Below, in pieces: positions 46,536 through 57,572 of a stretch of DNA of 64,000 nucleotides. The translations under genes were made by a program, and so were the position numbers. Origin of the DNA: a virus. Its lineage: Duplodnaviria > Caudoviricetes. The DNA is taken from the IMG/VR virus record IMGVR_UViG_3300020036_007076, positions 5,325-69,324 of that record; one strand, given 5' to 3'. The notes below the pieces were generated by a model that worked only from the letters and a program-made list of their open reading frames with translations, was not told where the DNA came from and did not search any database. How positions within the stretch are numbered: position 1 is the first letter of the stretch; each line of letters opens with the position of its first letter.

Positions 46536-47014
46536 TGTCATTAAAAAATATTCTCATAACAGGATCTATAGGTAGTATTCCGTCTCAATCATACGGACAA
46601 AAAACTTATATATCTTCTACTGATAATCAATCTATTCCTATAGAACATATTACTGGAAGTAGTGGAGGATCAATGCCTGAATTAAACGGGAATATATCTT
46701 CATCTAATTTATTTGTTAATATTACTCAATCTTGGGAAGTAACAAACAATTCTCCCCTAGGACCAATTACTTATACTCATAATACTCAAGATGAATTTAT
46801 AAATGGTGAATTTAGTGGATCAACATTACAAGTATCAGACCAACGTCTAGTAGATGAAGATTGTATAAATTTATTAAATATAAATCCCACATTAGTAAAT
46901 TATAAAATATATTTTTATAGTAATAATGTAACTCCTTCAGGAATATTTTTAGATTCAGATACAACACCAAATTCAGGAGAAATATATTTATTATATGATT
47001 CATCATCACTTTAA
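46535..47014 (+). CDS. structural protein
   Basis: S/T/G-rich; structural context. Confidence 0.55.
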   Translation: MSLKNILITGSIGSIPSQSYGQKTYISSTDNQSIPIEHITGSSGGSMPELNGNISSSNLFVNITQSWEVTNNSPLGPITYTHNTQDEFINGEFSGSTLQVSDQRLVDEDCINLLNINPTLVNYKIYFYSNNVTPSGIFLDSDTTPNSGEIYLLYDSSSL

Positions 47015-47019
47015 ACAAC

Positions 47020-49722
47020 ATGCCAATATCAACAACCGTAACTAGATATTCTCCATCTGTCATAACTAAGGGAATTAAATATATTAAAATTAATAGATTT
47101 GATGAACAAGGTACTGATAATACTATATCTCTACAAGAATTAACTAATTTAAGATTATTATTTGAAGATTTAGGTATAGTAGATTTCCCAATATTATCAA
47201 TAGCTGAATACTCAGATTATTATTTATATAGAGTAGGTCCTGTTGTTTTAGGAAATTCAACTGATAAATTTAAATCACCAACAGATCCTAATACTGCAAC
47301 AGATACATACTCTTTAACCTCAGGAGATAATACATCTCCAATATTTTATGGATATACTAATACAACAGGAAGTATAAATGGAAATGGTTTATATAATTTT
47401 CAAAATGGTGGATATACCGTAACAGCAACATGTTATTTTTCAGCTAGTGCAACAGTAGTATCTAAAAAACAATTCTATGTCTTATTTACTGGATCTAATG
47501 GTATTATAAGTAAACAACTATTTAATCCAAATTTTGGAAGTCCTGGAACTGGATCTTATTCAGCTTCTATATCATACGTTCCAACATCTGGTTCTACATT
47601 AGGTGTGGCTTTTGCCTCTAGTTCAGTTAATATTAATTTTAACTTACCAAGTATTGACTTTAGAATAACTCAAGATATAACTTCATCTATTGATAATAAT
47701 ATACTAAATCATAATTTTAGTGCTTCTGCATATACTGGAAGTGATAAATTATACATCACTGATCCAGGTTCTTGGACAGGAATAGGTTTATCATCATCTA
47801 TAAATCCTCTTTCATATTTTACTTCCTCAACAAATAAATATACATTTGGTGATACTCCAAACCATTTAATTCATTTTACATCCTCAGTCTATCTTGAAGG
47901 ATCAGGAGGACAAATAATATTAGAATTAAGAAAAAATATTACTGATGTTATAGCAACTGAAGGATTCTCAGTAGGAGGTGGTACTACTGTTGCGATTTCT
48001 GCTTCATTTTTAGCTACAGAAAATGATGCATGCTTTTTATACATTAATAATGATGGATCAGGATTCACTGTTACAGCTAGTAATGTACAATGGCAATTTA
48101 CTCAATCTGTATCTCCACATTCTGAATCTAATTTAACAGTTTTAGAACCATATTTAACTGAAAATTTCTTTTATAGTGATTGTAATGCATTATATGGTAA
48201 TGCTGATGGATTAGAATATGATGATAGTTTTATGAAGATATTATATGATGATGGTTCTGTAATACCTTCAAACCAGTCAGAAATATTATCAAACACAGCA
48301 GAAAGAGCTCCTGTAAAATCATATAATTATGCTTTAAGAGCACAAGTTATTCCTAGATATAATGGTGTTAAATTAATCCAACAAAATAGAAATATATGGA
48401 CTGAAGGAGATACTAGTTTTGGAAAAGAACCATCTGTTCAAAATTTAGGAACATATTTTGCATATTTTGATTATATGAATGGTACTGATTATATATTAAC
48501 TAATAAAAAAGCCGCTCATATATTATATTTAATAGATAAAGATGGTAAAGTACAAACACCAACTTTAGATAGCCCATATTATCCTAATTTAACACAAAAT
48601 TTCCTCTCAGGAGAAAATGCCAATATTTCATTTGAAACTTCTACAGGTAATGCTGCTAATATTCAAGGTATTAAACCTATCATAAGATCAGGAGTTTACC
48701 CAAAACCAGTTATATATTCTCAAACAGGAAGCAATGCAAATTCTTCTTCAAATATAATATTTGATAATATATACGAATTATCTAATGTACCTGATTATTT
48801 AACAAGTATTTACTTATATCCTCAAACATGGCAGATAAATACATATAATAATTTTTTAGATGCTTATTTAGGAACTGATCCTATAGTTAATTTTATTTCC
48901 CCAAATGTAAGTTATAATAGTGTATCTCCTGATAGAAATCTAGAAATAGATGTTTCTTCTAATAAAACCCAAATTATTGCCTCAATTAGTATTCCATTAA
49001 AAACTGTATTTCCTACCCCATCAGCATTGGGAGCAATACGAATATTAAAATCTACTGATGGTGGTACTACATGGAATGAAATAGCTATACTAAATAATTT
49101 TTCAATAAATTCTTCATACGAAACATTTTCATTAAGTACCTCACCCCAAATCACTACTCTTGGAGATAAATATAGAGTCACAATTAATACAGTAGGGATT
49201 CCTGGATTTATACAACAAGGACAAGGAACATTTTCTCTATCACAAACACCCGCCCCATCTAATATTTCAATTAATCCTCCATATTGGATTACTGGATCTT
49301 TATCAAAAAATATACTTACAGGCTCAGCATTTACAGGATCTTATATAACAACATCCCCATTATATCAAACATTTCCATCTTCCTCAGCATCATATGAACC
49401 TGTTTTACCATTTACATTACAAACAAATGATGAAATTAGGTTTGAAGGAGACGAAACCCAAATATATACTATTACTACTGTAGAAACAGGAATAAGTGGA
49501 TCATTATATTTAACTTTAAATAGAAATATTGCCGATGGGACTGATTTAGATTCATTTTTAATAAGAAGATATACTCCTGACCCTGGATATATATTATTGG
49601 ATATACCTTCTGAAGGAGGAGGAACAGGTTTTATTTTTCCTGAACACGTTACTTTGGATGTTCAACGAAATTTTAATACCATAATACAAAACTTAAAAGA
49701 AAAAGGATTAATTCCAATTTAA
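47020..49722 (+). CDS. large tail/baseplate-associated structural protein
   Basis: 900 aa, S/T-rich, beta-type. Confidence 0.6.
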   Translation: MPISTTVTRYSPSVITKGIKYIKINRFDEQGTDNTISLQELTNLRLLFEDLGIVDFPILSIAEYSDYYLYRVGPVVLGNSTDKFKSPTDPNTATDTYSLTSGDNTSPIFYGYTNTTGSINGNGLYNFQNGGYTVTATCYFSASATVVSKKQFYVLFTGSNGIISKQLFNPNFGSPGTGSYSASISYVPTSGSTLGVAFASSSVNINFNLPSIDFRITQDITSSIDNNILNHNFSASAYTGSDKLYITDPGSWTGIGLSSSINPLSYFTSSTNKYTFGDTPNHLIHFTSSVYLEGSGGQIILELRKNITDVIATEGFSVGGGTTVAISASFLATENDACFLYINNDGSGFTVTASNVQWQFTQSVSPHSESNLTVLEPYLTENFFYSDCNALYGNADGLEYDDSFMKILYDDGSVIPSNQSEILSNTAERAPVKSYNYALRAQVIPRYNGVKLIQQNRNIWTEGDTSFGKEPSVQNLGTYFAYFDYMNGTDYILTNKKAAHILYLIDKDGKVQTPTLDSPYYPNLTQNFLSGENANISFETSTGNAANIQGIKPIIRSGVYPKPVIYSQTGSNANSSSNIIFDNIYELSNVPDYLTSIYLYPQTWQINTYNNFLDAYLGTDPIVNFISPNVSYNSVSPDRNLEIDVSSNKTQIIASISIPLKTVFPTPSALGAIRILKSTDGGTTWNEIAILNNFSINSSYETFSLSTSPQITTLGDKYRVTINTVGIPGFIQQGQGTFSLSQTPAPSNISINPPYWITGSLSKNILTGSAFTGSYITTSPLYQTFPSSSASYEPVLPFTLQTNDEIRFEGDETQIYTITTVETGISGSLYLTLNRNIADGTDLDSFLIRRYTPDPGYILLDIPSEGGGTGFIFPEHVTLDVQRNFNTIIQNLKEKGLIPI

Positions 49723-49768
49723 TAAAAATATAATTTAATAATATTTATAATAAAAATATAATAATAAA

Positions 49769-50422
49769 ATGGGATATTTAAATAATACTGTTATAACAGT
49801 AGATGCAATTTTAACAACAAAAGGAAGACAATTATTAGCAAAAAATGATGGTTCTTTCAAAATTACTCAATTTGCTCTCTCAGATGATGAAATAAATTAT
49901 ACTTTATATAATCCATCACATCCATCAGGTTCTGCTTATTATGGTGAGGCAATTCAAAATATGCCTTTGTTAGAAGCATTTCCTCAAGAAACCCAAATTA
50001 TGAAATCTAAATTAGTTACTCTTCCTAGAGGTACAGCTAAATTACCTGTTTTAGATTTAGGTTATTCTGCAATCGTAATTAAACAAGGTGCTTCATTAAC
50101 AATTACTCCTCAAACATTAAATTATTTTGGAGGAAATACTTTTGAATCTACTGGATACACAGCAACAATTTCAGATGTTAGATTATTTAGTACATTTGAA
50201 GGAGTAGGTGTAAATACTCCTGCCGCCCAAGCATTAAATACTACAACTACATTAGGAACAAATGTTTCCAAAACAGTTGTTGGTACTACAATTAATATAA
50301 GAGCAACTACTATAAATACTTTATTTGGTTCTAATAATCAATTACAAGCTACATTAACTGTAGTAGGTAGAGATAGTGGTGCTCGTTTAACAATCCCAGT
50401 AACTGTAACAAAAATATCTTAA
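49769..50422 (+). CDS. virion structural protein
   Basis: DAILTTKGRQLLA..FKITQFALSDDEINY. Confidence 0.65.
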   Translation: MGYLNNTVITVDAILTTKGRQLLAKNDGSFKITQFALSDDEINYTLYNPSHPSGSAYYGEAIQNMPLLEAFPQETQIMKSKLVTLPRGTAKLPVLDLGYSAIVIKQGASLTITPQTLNYFGGNTFESTGYTATISDVRLFSTFEGVGVNTPAAQALNTTTTLGTNVSKTVVGTTINIRATTINTLFGSNNQLQATLTVVGRDSGARLTIPVTVTKIS

Positions 50423-50431
50423 ATATAAAAC

Positions 50432-51439
50432 ATGTCTTTTAACCGTTTTTCACCCGAAGATTTTGTAGTAAGCTCTGATTCAATCACTTCAACCTTATGG
50501 TCAGGAGGAGCAGTAGCTTTAAATACTATTTATACTTCATCTACTCAAGAAGCAGGTTCTTCTGGAGATTTTTATTTAAATATTTATCAAACAGCTTCTA
50601 CAGAACCTGCTGCAGCAATTCAATTTGCTATAGCATATGGAAATAAAAATGGTAGTGGAAGCTCTTTATATAATAGCTCAGTTAATGGAGCATCACCAAC
50701 AAAAACTACATATGGTCAATACCAAAATTTAGTAATAGGAGATGAAAATACAGATTTTATATTTGGAGGATATACCTCATCAGATTTCTGGGTTATATCT
50801 GTAGATAGAACAAGATATAAAGAATCTTTATTCCCAGGTTCATTAGCACTAACAATTTCAGGAAGTACTGGAGCTCTTACATTAACAGATGATAGTCAAG
50901 TAGCTTCTTCAATAATATTTAATGATGCTGGAAGAGTATTCCAATTAGTTAGTGGTTCTCAAGGAACAGTATATACAGGATTATATTCAACAGGGTATAG
51001 TCCATCAGGTTCATATGGTTGGTTGTTACCAGATATTGGAACTATTATTTTAAATCCAAAAGCATTAAGTGCCTCAATTTCTTTATCTCCTAGTCAATCA
51101 TCAAACTCAGATGGGTTAAATTATAGAAAATTATATGATGCTTTAAATGGAGCTTCTGCAAAATCGTTCTCTTTAAATAGTCAAGAAACTATTTCTTCAG
51201 ATTACATATTTGTAAGAGCTAGAAATGCCGAATTTAATTATTCTGAAAATCCAAGTTTCATATCAGGTAGTACTGGAGAAGTATTATTTAATTCATTTAT
51301 AAATGCTCCACAAACATATATAACAACAATTGGTTTATATAATGATACTAATGAATTATTAGCTGTAGCTAAACTTTCAAGACCATTATTAAAAGATTTT
51401 ACAAAAGAAGCTCTAGTAAGAGTTAAATTAGATTTCTAA
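50432..51439 (+). CDS. virion structural protein
   Basis: C-terminal TYITTIGLYNDTNELLAVAKLSRPL, shared with the next gene. Confidence 0.65.
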   Translation: MSFNRFSPEDFVVSSDSITSTLWSGGAVALNTIYTSSTQEAGSSGDFYLNIYQTASTEPAAAIQFAIAYGNKNGSGSSLYNSSVNGASPTKTTYGQYQNLVIGDENTDFIFGGYTSSDFWVISVDRTRYKESLFPGSLALTISGSTGALTLTDDSQVASSIIFNDAGRVFQLVSGSQGTVYTGLYSTGYSPSGSYGWLLPDIGTIILNPKALSASISLSPSQSSNSDGLNYRKLYDALNGASAKSFSLNSQETISSDYIFVRARNAEFNYSENPSFISGSTGEVLFNSFINAPQTYITTIGLYNDTNELLAVAKLSRPLLKDFTKEALVRVKLDF

Positions 51440-51444
51440 AATGG

Positions 51445-52446
51445 ATGAGCGCTTACAAGCAACTTCTCACATCAGATATAATCGTTACTCCATTTGAGGT
51501 AAATAAAGAATTTACTTTTTATGGGGAAAGCGATTTAACTGGTTCTAATGTAGGAATTGATAGATTATTAGGTAAAAATATAACCTCATCATTATTTAAT
51601 CCTAATTCAGACCCAACAACTGGACAATTAGGTACTCAATATCAAAGATTAATTTATAATTCAATTAAAGAATTATATTATTCTAATTATTTAAGTTCTA
51701 GTTATGGTGATTCTATTAATAGACCAACCCTTATTCCTGGTTCTACCTCTGAAGGAGATGCTTTAATAGGTTCACCTTCAAATCAAGCATATTACAATTA
51801 CTCTCAAACTACATTATCCTATCCTAAATTCTTTCCAACTGGTTCTAACAATACAATTGGTGTAATATCAATCCCAGTTAGATTATTTGGTGATTATATT
51901 CAACCAACATCATTCAAATTAACCACAGAAAGTGGAAGTTTAACTGATGATGGTGAAGGAAATATTTTATATAATAGTAATATAGTAGGAAATATATTTT
52001 ATCCTCATGGATTAATTGTTATAACAGGTAATTCTCAATCATATAGTATTAGCGGTTCAGTATATGGAACAGCATTATATGGAGATGCTTTATATGGAGG
52101 AGGAGCTACATTCGCAGATGAATTAATAAATTTCATTACTTCATCAAATGTTACTTGTTCATTCTCTAGTTCATATACAATTTATGAAACTCAATACAAA
52201 TGTACTATAAGAGAAAACGAATTTAACTTAACATTAAATCCAACAGCTATTTCAGGTAGTACAAGTGATGGGGAAAAAAATGGTGTTCCTTATGGTTTCG
52301 TAACTGAATCATATTTTTCTCCTTATATTACCACAATAGGTTTATATGATGAAAATCAAAATTTATTAGCGGTAGGTAAATTAGCACAACCATTGCCAAC
52401 ATCCCCAACTACTGATACAACAATTTTAATTAACTTGGATCGATAA
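51445..52446 (+). CDS. virion structural protein (paralogous C-terminus to 50432)
   Basis: PYITTIGLYDENQNLLAVGKLAQPL. Confidence 0.65.
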   Translation: MSAYKQLLTSDIIVTPFEVNKEFTFYGESDLTGSNVGIDRLLGKNITSSLFNPNSDPTTGQLGTQYQRLIYNSIKELYYSNYLSSSYGDSINRPTLIPGSTSEGDALIGSPSNQAYYNYSQTTLSYPKFFPTGSNNTIGVISIPVRLFGDYIQPTSFKLTTESGSLTDDGEGNILYNSNIVGNIFYPHGLIVITGNSQSYSISGSVYGTALYGDALYGGGATFADELINFITSSNVTCSFSSSYTIYETQYKCTIRENEFNLTLNPTAISGSTSDGEKNGVPYGFVTESYFSPYITTIGLYDENQNLLAVGKLAQPLPTSPTTDTTILINLDR

Positions 52447-52877
52447 TGAAATTATTAAATATATTAAAGGAAATTTTACAAAATAAATTATTATATCATT
52501 CAACTGATATTAGGAACGCTATTGAGATTTTAAAATCGGGTGAAATTAAAACATATGAAAATAAATTAAAACAAACAAATCAAGATCCTTCAGATTGGTA
52601 TGATGACCCTGAATATGGTAAATACGTTTATGTTTCTGATTTCCCCCATAATGAGAATAATTATTATGGATTATCTGATTTAGATGTTACATTTGAAATT
52701 GATGGTAATAAAATAAAACATAAAGCTTTTCAAGCAGATGAAAGATATGAAGGGGGAACTATATCAATAAAAGGAAATATTCCATTAAAATATATTATAA
52801 AAGTAATATTACATACAAAAGATGATAATTTAATTTCTCTTTTAAATGATAAAAATATTAAATATGAAATAAAATAA
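52446..52877 (+). CDS. putative ADP-ribosyltransferase-fold protein
   Basis: LYHSTD..AIEILKSGEI; YVYVS; VTFEIDG; late E-rich strand. Confidence 0.4.
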   Translation: MKLLNILKEILQNKLLYHSTDIRNAIEILKSGEIKTYENKLKQTNQDPSDWYDDPEYGKYVYVSDFPHNENNYYGLSDLDVTFEIDGNKIKHKAFQADERYEGGTISIKGNIPLKYIIKVILHTKDDNLISLLNDKNIKYEIK

Positions 52878-52884
52878 ATAAGTT

Positions 52885-53364
52885 ATGAATAATTGGTTTC
52901 AAATATCACATGACCTAAGAAATATGGGTCGTGAAATAAAAACAGAATTTACTTCAATAGAAGATTTTCCTGAAAATACTTTTGGTTATATCTATTGTAT
53001 AACCAATCTAGATACTAATAAAATATATATTGGTAAAAAACAGATCTTATCTGTTACCAATAAAAAACTTGGTAAAAAAGAATTATTAGAATTACCAATT
53101 CAACGTGGTCGTAAAGTTACTAAAAAGAAAGTAACTAAAGAATCTGATTGGCAAAATTATTGGGGTAGTAACAAACCATTACTTGAAGATATTAAATATT
53201 TAGGTAAAGATAAATTCAAAAGAGAAATATTAAAGTTTTGTAAAACCAAAAAAGAACTAACATATTGGGAAATATATTACCAAATGGATAATAATGTCCT
53301 TACTTCAAATAGCTACAACGACTCAATTCTAGGAAGATACTACAGAAAAGATTTTAGCTTGTAG
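52885..53364 (+). CDS. GIY-YIG nuclease
   Basis: GYIYCITNLDTNKIYIGKK...YWGS. Confidence 0.75.
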   Translation: MNNWFQISHDLRNMGREIKTEFTSIEDFPENTFGYIYCITNLDTNKIYIGKKQILSVTNKKLGKKELLELPIQRGRKVTKKKVTKESDWQNYWGSNKPLLEDIKYLGKDKFKREILKFCKTKKELTYWEIYYQMDNNVLTSNSYNDSILGRYYRKDFSL

Positions 53365-53388
53365 TCCCAAATTCTTGTTCATATCATA

Positions 53389-54339
53389 ATGGTTATGGAA
53401 AATAGTATACTCATATCGTTAGTAGACTCTATATTAGGACCTGGTAAAAATACTGCTAGAGGAAACAGAGCATATGTTTGCCCTTTCCATATTTCAAACC
53501 CCCCAGGTAAAAAAAATTTTGAAATTAATTTTAGTCCTAATAATAATGGTGAAAATCCTTGGGCATGTTGGGGTTGTGGAACTAAAGGTAAAAAAATACA
53601 TAATTTATTTAAAAAATTAAAGGTAAGTCCTGATAAGTATGATCAATTAAGATTAATTATTAAATCAATACCCAAAGGTTATAATTTACCAACAGAAACT
53701 AAAATTGTAGAATTACCAAAAGAATTTACTTCATTAATTAATATTAAAAAACCATCATTACCTGCAAGAAGAGCAATAGTCTATTTAAAAAATAGAGGAA
53801 TAACAGAAAATGATGTTGTGAAATATAATTTAGGATATTGTGAAGATGGACCTTATAAAAATATGATTATAATCCCATCATATAATGCAGATGGAATGTT
53901 AAATTATTTTACAGGACGTTCATTTGAAAAGGATCCATTTATAAAATATAAAAATCCTGATGTATCAAGAGATATAATAGCATTTGAGTTATTTATAAAT
54001 TGGAATGTTCCTATAATAATATGTGAGGGGTTTTTTGATTCAATTGCTATAAAAAGAAATGCTATACCATTGTTAGGTAAAAATATACAACAAAACCTAA
54101 TGAAGAAAATATTTCAATCAAATGTTGAAAAAATTTATATTGCATTAGATAAAGATGCTATAAAACAAGCATTAAATTTTTGTGAATCACTAATGAACGA
54201 AGGTAAAGAAGTTTATTTAGTTGATCTTAATGATAAAGACCCTAGTGATATGGGTTTTTTAAATTTTACTAATTTAATTCAAAACACTTTACCATTAACC
54301 TTCTCAAATTTACTTGAGAAAAAACTTCAAATGATATGA
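53389..54339 (+). CDS. DNA primase (Zn finger plus TOPRIM)
   Basis: CPFH..CWGC; ICEGFFDSIA; IALDKDA. Confidence 0.9.
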   Translation: MVMENSILISLVDSILGPGKNTARGNRAYVCPFHISNPPGKKNFEINFSPNNNGENPWACWGCGTKGKKIHNLFKKLKVSPDKYDQLRLIIKSIPKGYNLPTETKIVELPKEFTSLINIKKPSLPARRAIVYLKNRGITENDVVKYNLGYCEDGPYKNMIIIPSYNADGMLNYFTGRSFEKDPFIKYKNPDVSRDIIAFELFINWNVPIIICEGFFDSIAIKRNAIPLLGKNIQQNLMKKIFQSNVEKIYIALDKDAIKQALNFCESLMNEGKEVYLVDLNDKDPSDMGFLNFTNLIQNTLPLTFSNLLEKKLQMI

Positions 54340-55121
54340 TAGAAAAAGGACATTCCATCCATAAAAAAAGTATTACAAGAATATTAGAATTAGATCCTGA
54401 AGGTAAACAAATTAACTTCTTAGATAATAGATTTTACAAACGTTATGAAGGATATTACCCATCAGTAACTAGTATACTTCAATATTTCCCCAAAGGTAAA
54501 TTCTTTGAAGATTGGTTAAAAGATGTAGGACATAATGCTGAATTCATAGCTAAAAAATCAGCAGATGAAGGAACACAAACCCACAGTTTAATTGAAAAAT
54601 ATCTAGAAGGCCACCAAATTAATTGGTTAGACGAACATGGTAATGCAACTTGCTCTTTAAATGTTTGGCAGATGTTACTAAAATTTGTTGAATTCTGGGA
54701 ACAAGAAAAACCAGAATTAGTAGAAAGTGAAATCCATTTATTTTCAGATAAACATAAGATTGCAGGAACATGTGATTTAGTTATCAGGTTAAGAGGAAAA
54801 TTATGGATATTAGATATTAAAACATCTAATAATTTACACACTTCATATGATTTACAATTAGCAGCATATGCTACTTGTTGGAATGAAACTTTTGAAGAAA
54901 AAGTTACCAACACAGGAATCATTTGGTTAAAGTCTTCTAAGAAAAAAGCAAATAAAGATGCAGATAGAATTCAAGGTAAAGGATGGGAAATATACGTATC
55001 TCCACGTTCTATTGAAGAAAATTGGGTATTGTTTGATAAAGTATATGATTTATATAAATTAGAAAATCAAACACAAGAACCATTATTCAATAAATTTCCC
55101 TTATCAGTTAAATTAAAATAA
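54336..55121 (+). CDS. PD-(D/E)XK exonuclease (Cas4-like family)
   Basis: PSVTSIL, GTQTH, AGTCDLV..LDIKTS, QLAAY. Confidence 0.85.
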   Translation: MIEKGHSIHKKSITRILELDPEGKQINFLDNRFYKRYEGYYPSVTSILQYFPKGKFFEDWLKDVGHNAEFIAKKSADEGTQTHSLIEKYLEGHQINWLDEHGNATCSLNVWQMLLKFVEFWEQEKPELVESEIHLFSDKHKIAGTCDLVIRLRGKLWILDIKTSNNLHTSYDLQLAAYATCWNETFEEKVTNTGIIWLKSSKKKANKDADRIQGKGWEIYVSPRSIEENWVLFDKVYDLYKLENQTQEPLFNKFPLSVKLK

Positions 55122-55175
55122 TTGATTTTCTATTAATTTCTAATATTTATAATGGATTAATCTTTACTACAATTC

Positions 55176-56285
55176 ATGGAATATTTAATTGACACACTTA
55201 CAAAAACTTTATTATCTGATAAAGATGTAAAATATTTACTTGAAGATTTATCGAAAGAAAAAGATACCCCAAAAAATCTTAAAGAAATCATAGCCTCATT
55301 AACTCAATATATGATTGATCAGGGAATGAATGTTTCTCCTTTACCTAAATTAATCATTAAAAACAGTGATTTAGAAAACGCTGAGAATGTTTTAGGTAAA
55401 ACTGCATATTACAATCCAAATAATTGTTCTATAGTATTATATACATTGAATAGACACCCTAAAGATATAGGTCGTTCTTTTTCTCATGAAATGATTCATA
55501 GAATCCAAGATAATGAAGGTAGATTAACTAATGTAACTACTAGTAATACTAATGAGGATTCTTCTTTAAAAGAATTAGAAGAAGAAGCATATTTGAGAGG
55601 AAATATGACTTTTAGAAATTGGGAAGATTCAATCAAAAACAAATCAAACTTAACAGAAGGTAAATTTGATAAAATTACAGGTTTAATAGTAGATAAGATA
55701 TGGCAATATATTAAAAAATCAAAATCACTAAAATCTCCTACTAATGTATATAAAACAACAATTAACATTGGTAAATATACTTTTTATTTAACTACATTTA
55801 TAAAAAGAAGTAATAAATATAATTTTCAATTAGCAGTAGATGCTAACCAAAAAGAAAATGAGATTCAAGTCTTAATAAATCTAAACCCAGATTATGAACC
55901 TGATTCATATGTTAAATTAAATTCTAAACTTCAGGATGCTGTAAGACATGAAATAGAACATACATTACAAGATCCTAAAAGTACTAATTTCACCCCTGGT
56001 AAACCAAAAATGACTTCTTCTTCATATAGAGGAGAAATCCAACATGATCCTAAAAAAATACACAGATATTTTACATTGAAAGATGAAATACCTGCAATGG
56101 TTAATGGATTATATAGACAAGCAAAAACAGAAAAAAAACCAATTGATGAGGTGTTTAAAGAATATCTCCAATTCTTTCTAGACTCAGGAGATATAAACCA
56201 ACAACAATTAGATAAAATAATAAAAGTGTGGAGCGAGTATACAAAAGCAAACCTCCCTGCAGCTAAGTTTTCAACAGATGTATAA
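55176..56285 (+). CDS. protein with two HExxH metallopeptidase-like domains
   Basis: FSHEMIH..EEEAY and VRHEIEH..EIPA. Confidence 0.55.
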   Translation: MEYLIDTLTKTLLSDKDVKYLLEDLSKEKDTPKNLKEIIASLTQYMIDQGMNVSPLPKLIIKNSDLENAENVLGKTAYYNPNNCSIVLYTLNRHPKDIGRSFSHEMIHRIQDNEGRLTNVTTSNTNEDSSLKELEEEAYLRGNMTFRNWEDSIKNKSNLTEGKFDKITGLIVDKIWQYIKKSKSLKSPTNVYKTTINIGKYTFYLTTFIKRSNKYNFQLAVDANQKENEIQVLINLNPDYEPDSYVKLNSKLQDAVRHEIEHTLQDPKSTNFTPGKPKMTSSSYRGEIQHDPKKIHRYFTLKDEIPAMVNGLYRQAKTEKKPIDEVFKEYLQFFLDSGDINQQQLDKIIKVWSEYTKANLPAAKFSTDV

Positions 56286-56811
56286 ATTAACAGATCTATA
56301 TAAACAAATAAAAGAAGAAGAATCAAATAACCAATTAACTCAATATAAAATATTTTGTGATATGGATGGAGTTATATGTGATTTTGATAAGAGATTTGAA
56401 CAATTTGGTGGGATGGGACCTAAAGCTTATGAAATTAAATATGGTATAAATAAATTTTGGGAACTTATAGATGATAAAGTTGGATATACTTTTTGGTCTA
56501 AAATTCCATGGATGCCTGAAGGTAAACAATTATGGTCTTATATAAGTAAATATAAACCATCTCTGTTATCTGCCCCATCTAAAAAAGCATCATCTAGATA
56601 TGGAAAAAGATTATGGGTAGCAGAAAATATCCCAGGAACACCTCTTCATCTAGCTGATAGAGCTAAGAAACAAAATTATTCCGGTAAAAATAAAATTCTT
56701 ATTGATGATAGAATTGATACTATTGAAGAATGGAATGCAAAAGGAGGAATAGGGGTTTTATTTACATCTACAAATCAAACAATTAATGAATTAAAAAAAT
56801 TAGGACTATGA
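56278..56811 (+). CDS. HAD-superfamily 5'(3')-deoxyribonucleotidase-like protein
   Basis: IFCDMDGVICDF; ILIDDR. Confidence 0.8.
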   Translation: MYKLTDLYKQIKEEESNNQLTQYKIFCDMDGVICDFDKRFEQFGGMGPKAYEIKYGINKFWELIDDKVGYTFWSKIPWMPEGKQLWSYISKYKPSLLSAPSKKASSRYGKRLWVAENIPGTPLHLADRAKKQNYSGKNKILIDDRIDTIEEWNAKGGIGVLFTSTNQTINELKKLGL

Positions 56812-57566
56812 GTAAATATAAGTATAAATTAAAAGAACAAGAAATTACATCTGGGGATGAAAGTGGAATTGGTAATGTTAGAGAGAAAAAAGACTTAGTT
56901 TTAATAGCTAAGGGTGATTATTCAATTGATAGTATTATCGATATATTAAATGATTCAAAAAATTATAATAAAGTATTTACTAAAAAATCATCTGAATTAG
57001 AAAATATTGAATTGGATATATACGGATATAAAAATATTCCAGCAAATAGTAAGAAAAATAAAGCTTTATTAGATTCTCAAAAAGAAAAATTTGGAGAACC
57101 ATTTTATAGAAAAATAGAAACTGAAACAGGAAGCAAATTTTCAGGTATTCAGAGTAGTGGATTTCCACCAAAGAGTAAATCAAATGATGAAATAGTAAAA
57201 AAATACGCATCTAATTCTACTGAAAAACCAATTAATAAGTTAGATTTAAAATATGAAAAAATAGAAGATAGAGAAGCTATAAAATTCTTTACAGACAATA
57301 TTTCTATAACAACATCAAAAATTGAATCTATATTAACAAATGCTGGATTGAAATCAGGAAAAGATTATTCTTTAGGTAAAAAATTAATTGATGAAAGTGA
57401 GTTACGTACTATGATTAAAGAATTAGTAAACGAAAATACTTCATTTAATTTAGACCCTAAATTAGCCTTTAAATTATATGATATTCTTAAATCTGAATAT
57501 CCCCAAATAGGAAATGATCATACAAAATCTTCATTTTTTTATTTTTTAAATGAAAAATTAAAATAG
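56808..57566 (+). CDS. hypothetical protein
   Basis: ORF. Confidence 0.65.
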   Translation: MSKYKYKLKEQEITSGDESGIGNVREKKDLVLIAKGDYSIDSIIDILNDSKNYNKVFTKKSSELENIELDIYGYKNIPANSKKNKALLDSQKEKFGEPFYRKIETETGSKFSGIQSSGFPPKSKSNDEIVKKYASNSTEKPINKLDLKYEKIEDREAIKFFTDNISITTSKIESILTNAGLKSGKDYSLGKKLIDESELRTMIKELVNENTSFNLDPKLAFKLYDILKSEYPQIGNDHTKSSFFYFLNEKLK

Positions 57567-57572
57567 TTATAT

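Noticed and set aside
46535-47063. Programmed frameshift or readthrough joining 46535..47014 to 47020..49722
   Set aside because: The second ORF has its own ATG 6 nt after the stop and no slippery site is evident; two adjacent genes suffice.
53354-53370. Reverse-oriented TGGGACTACA promoter half-site before the primase gene
   Set aside because: There is no matching second box at the right spacing on the minus strand; probably chance or part of a different promoter.
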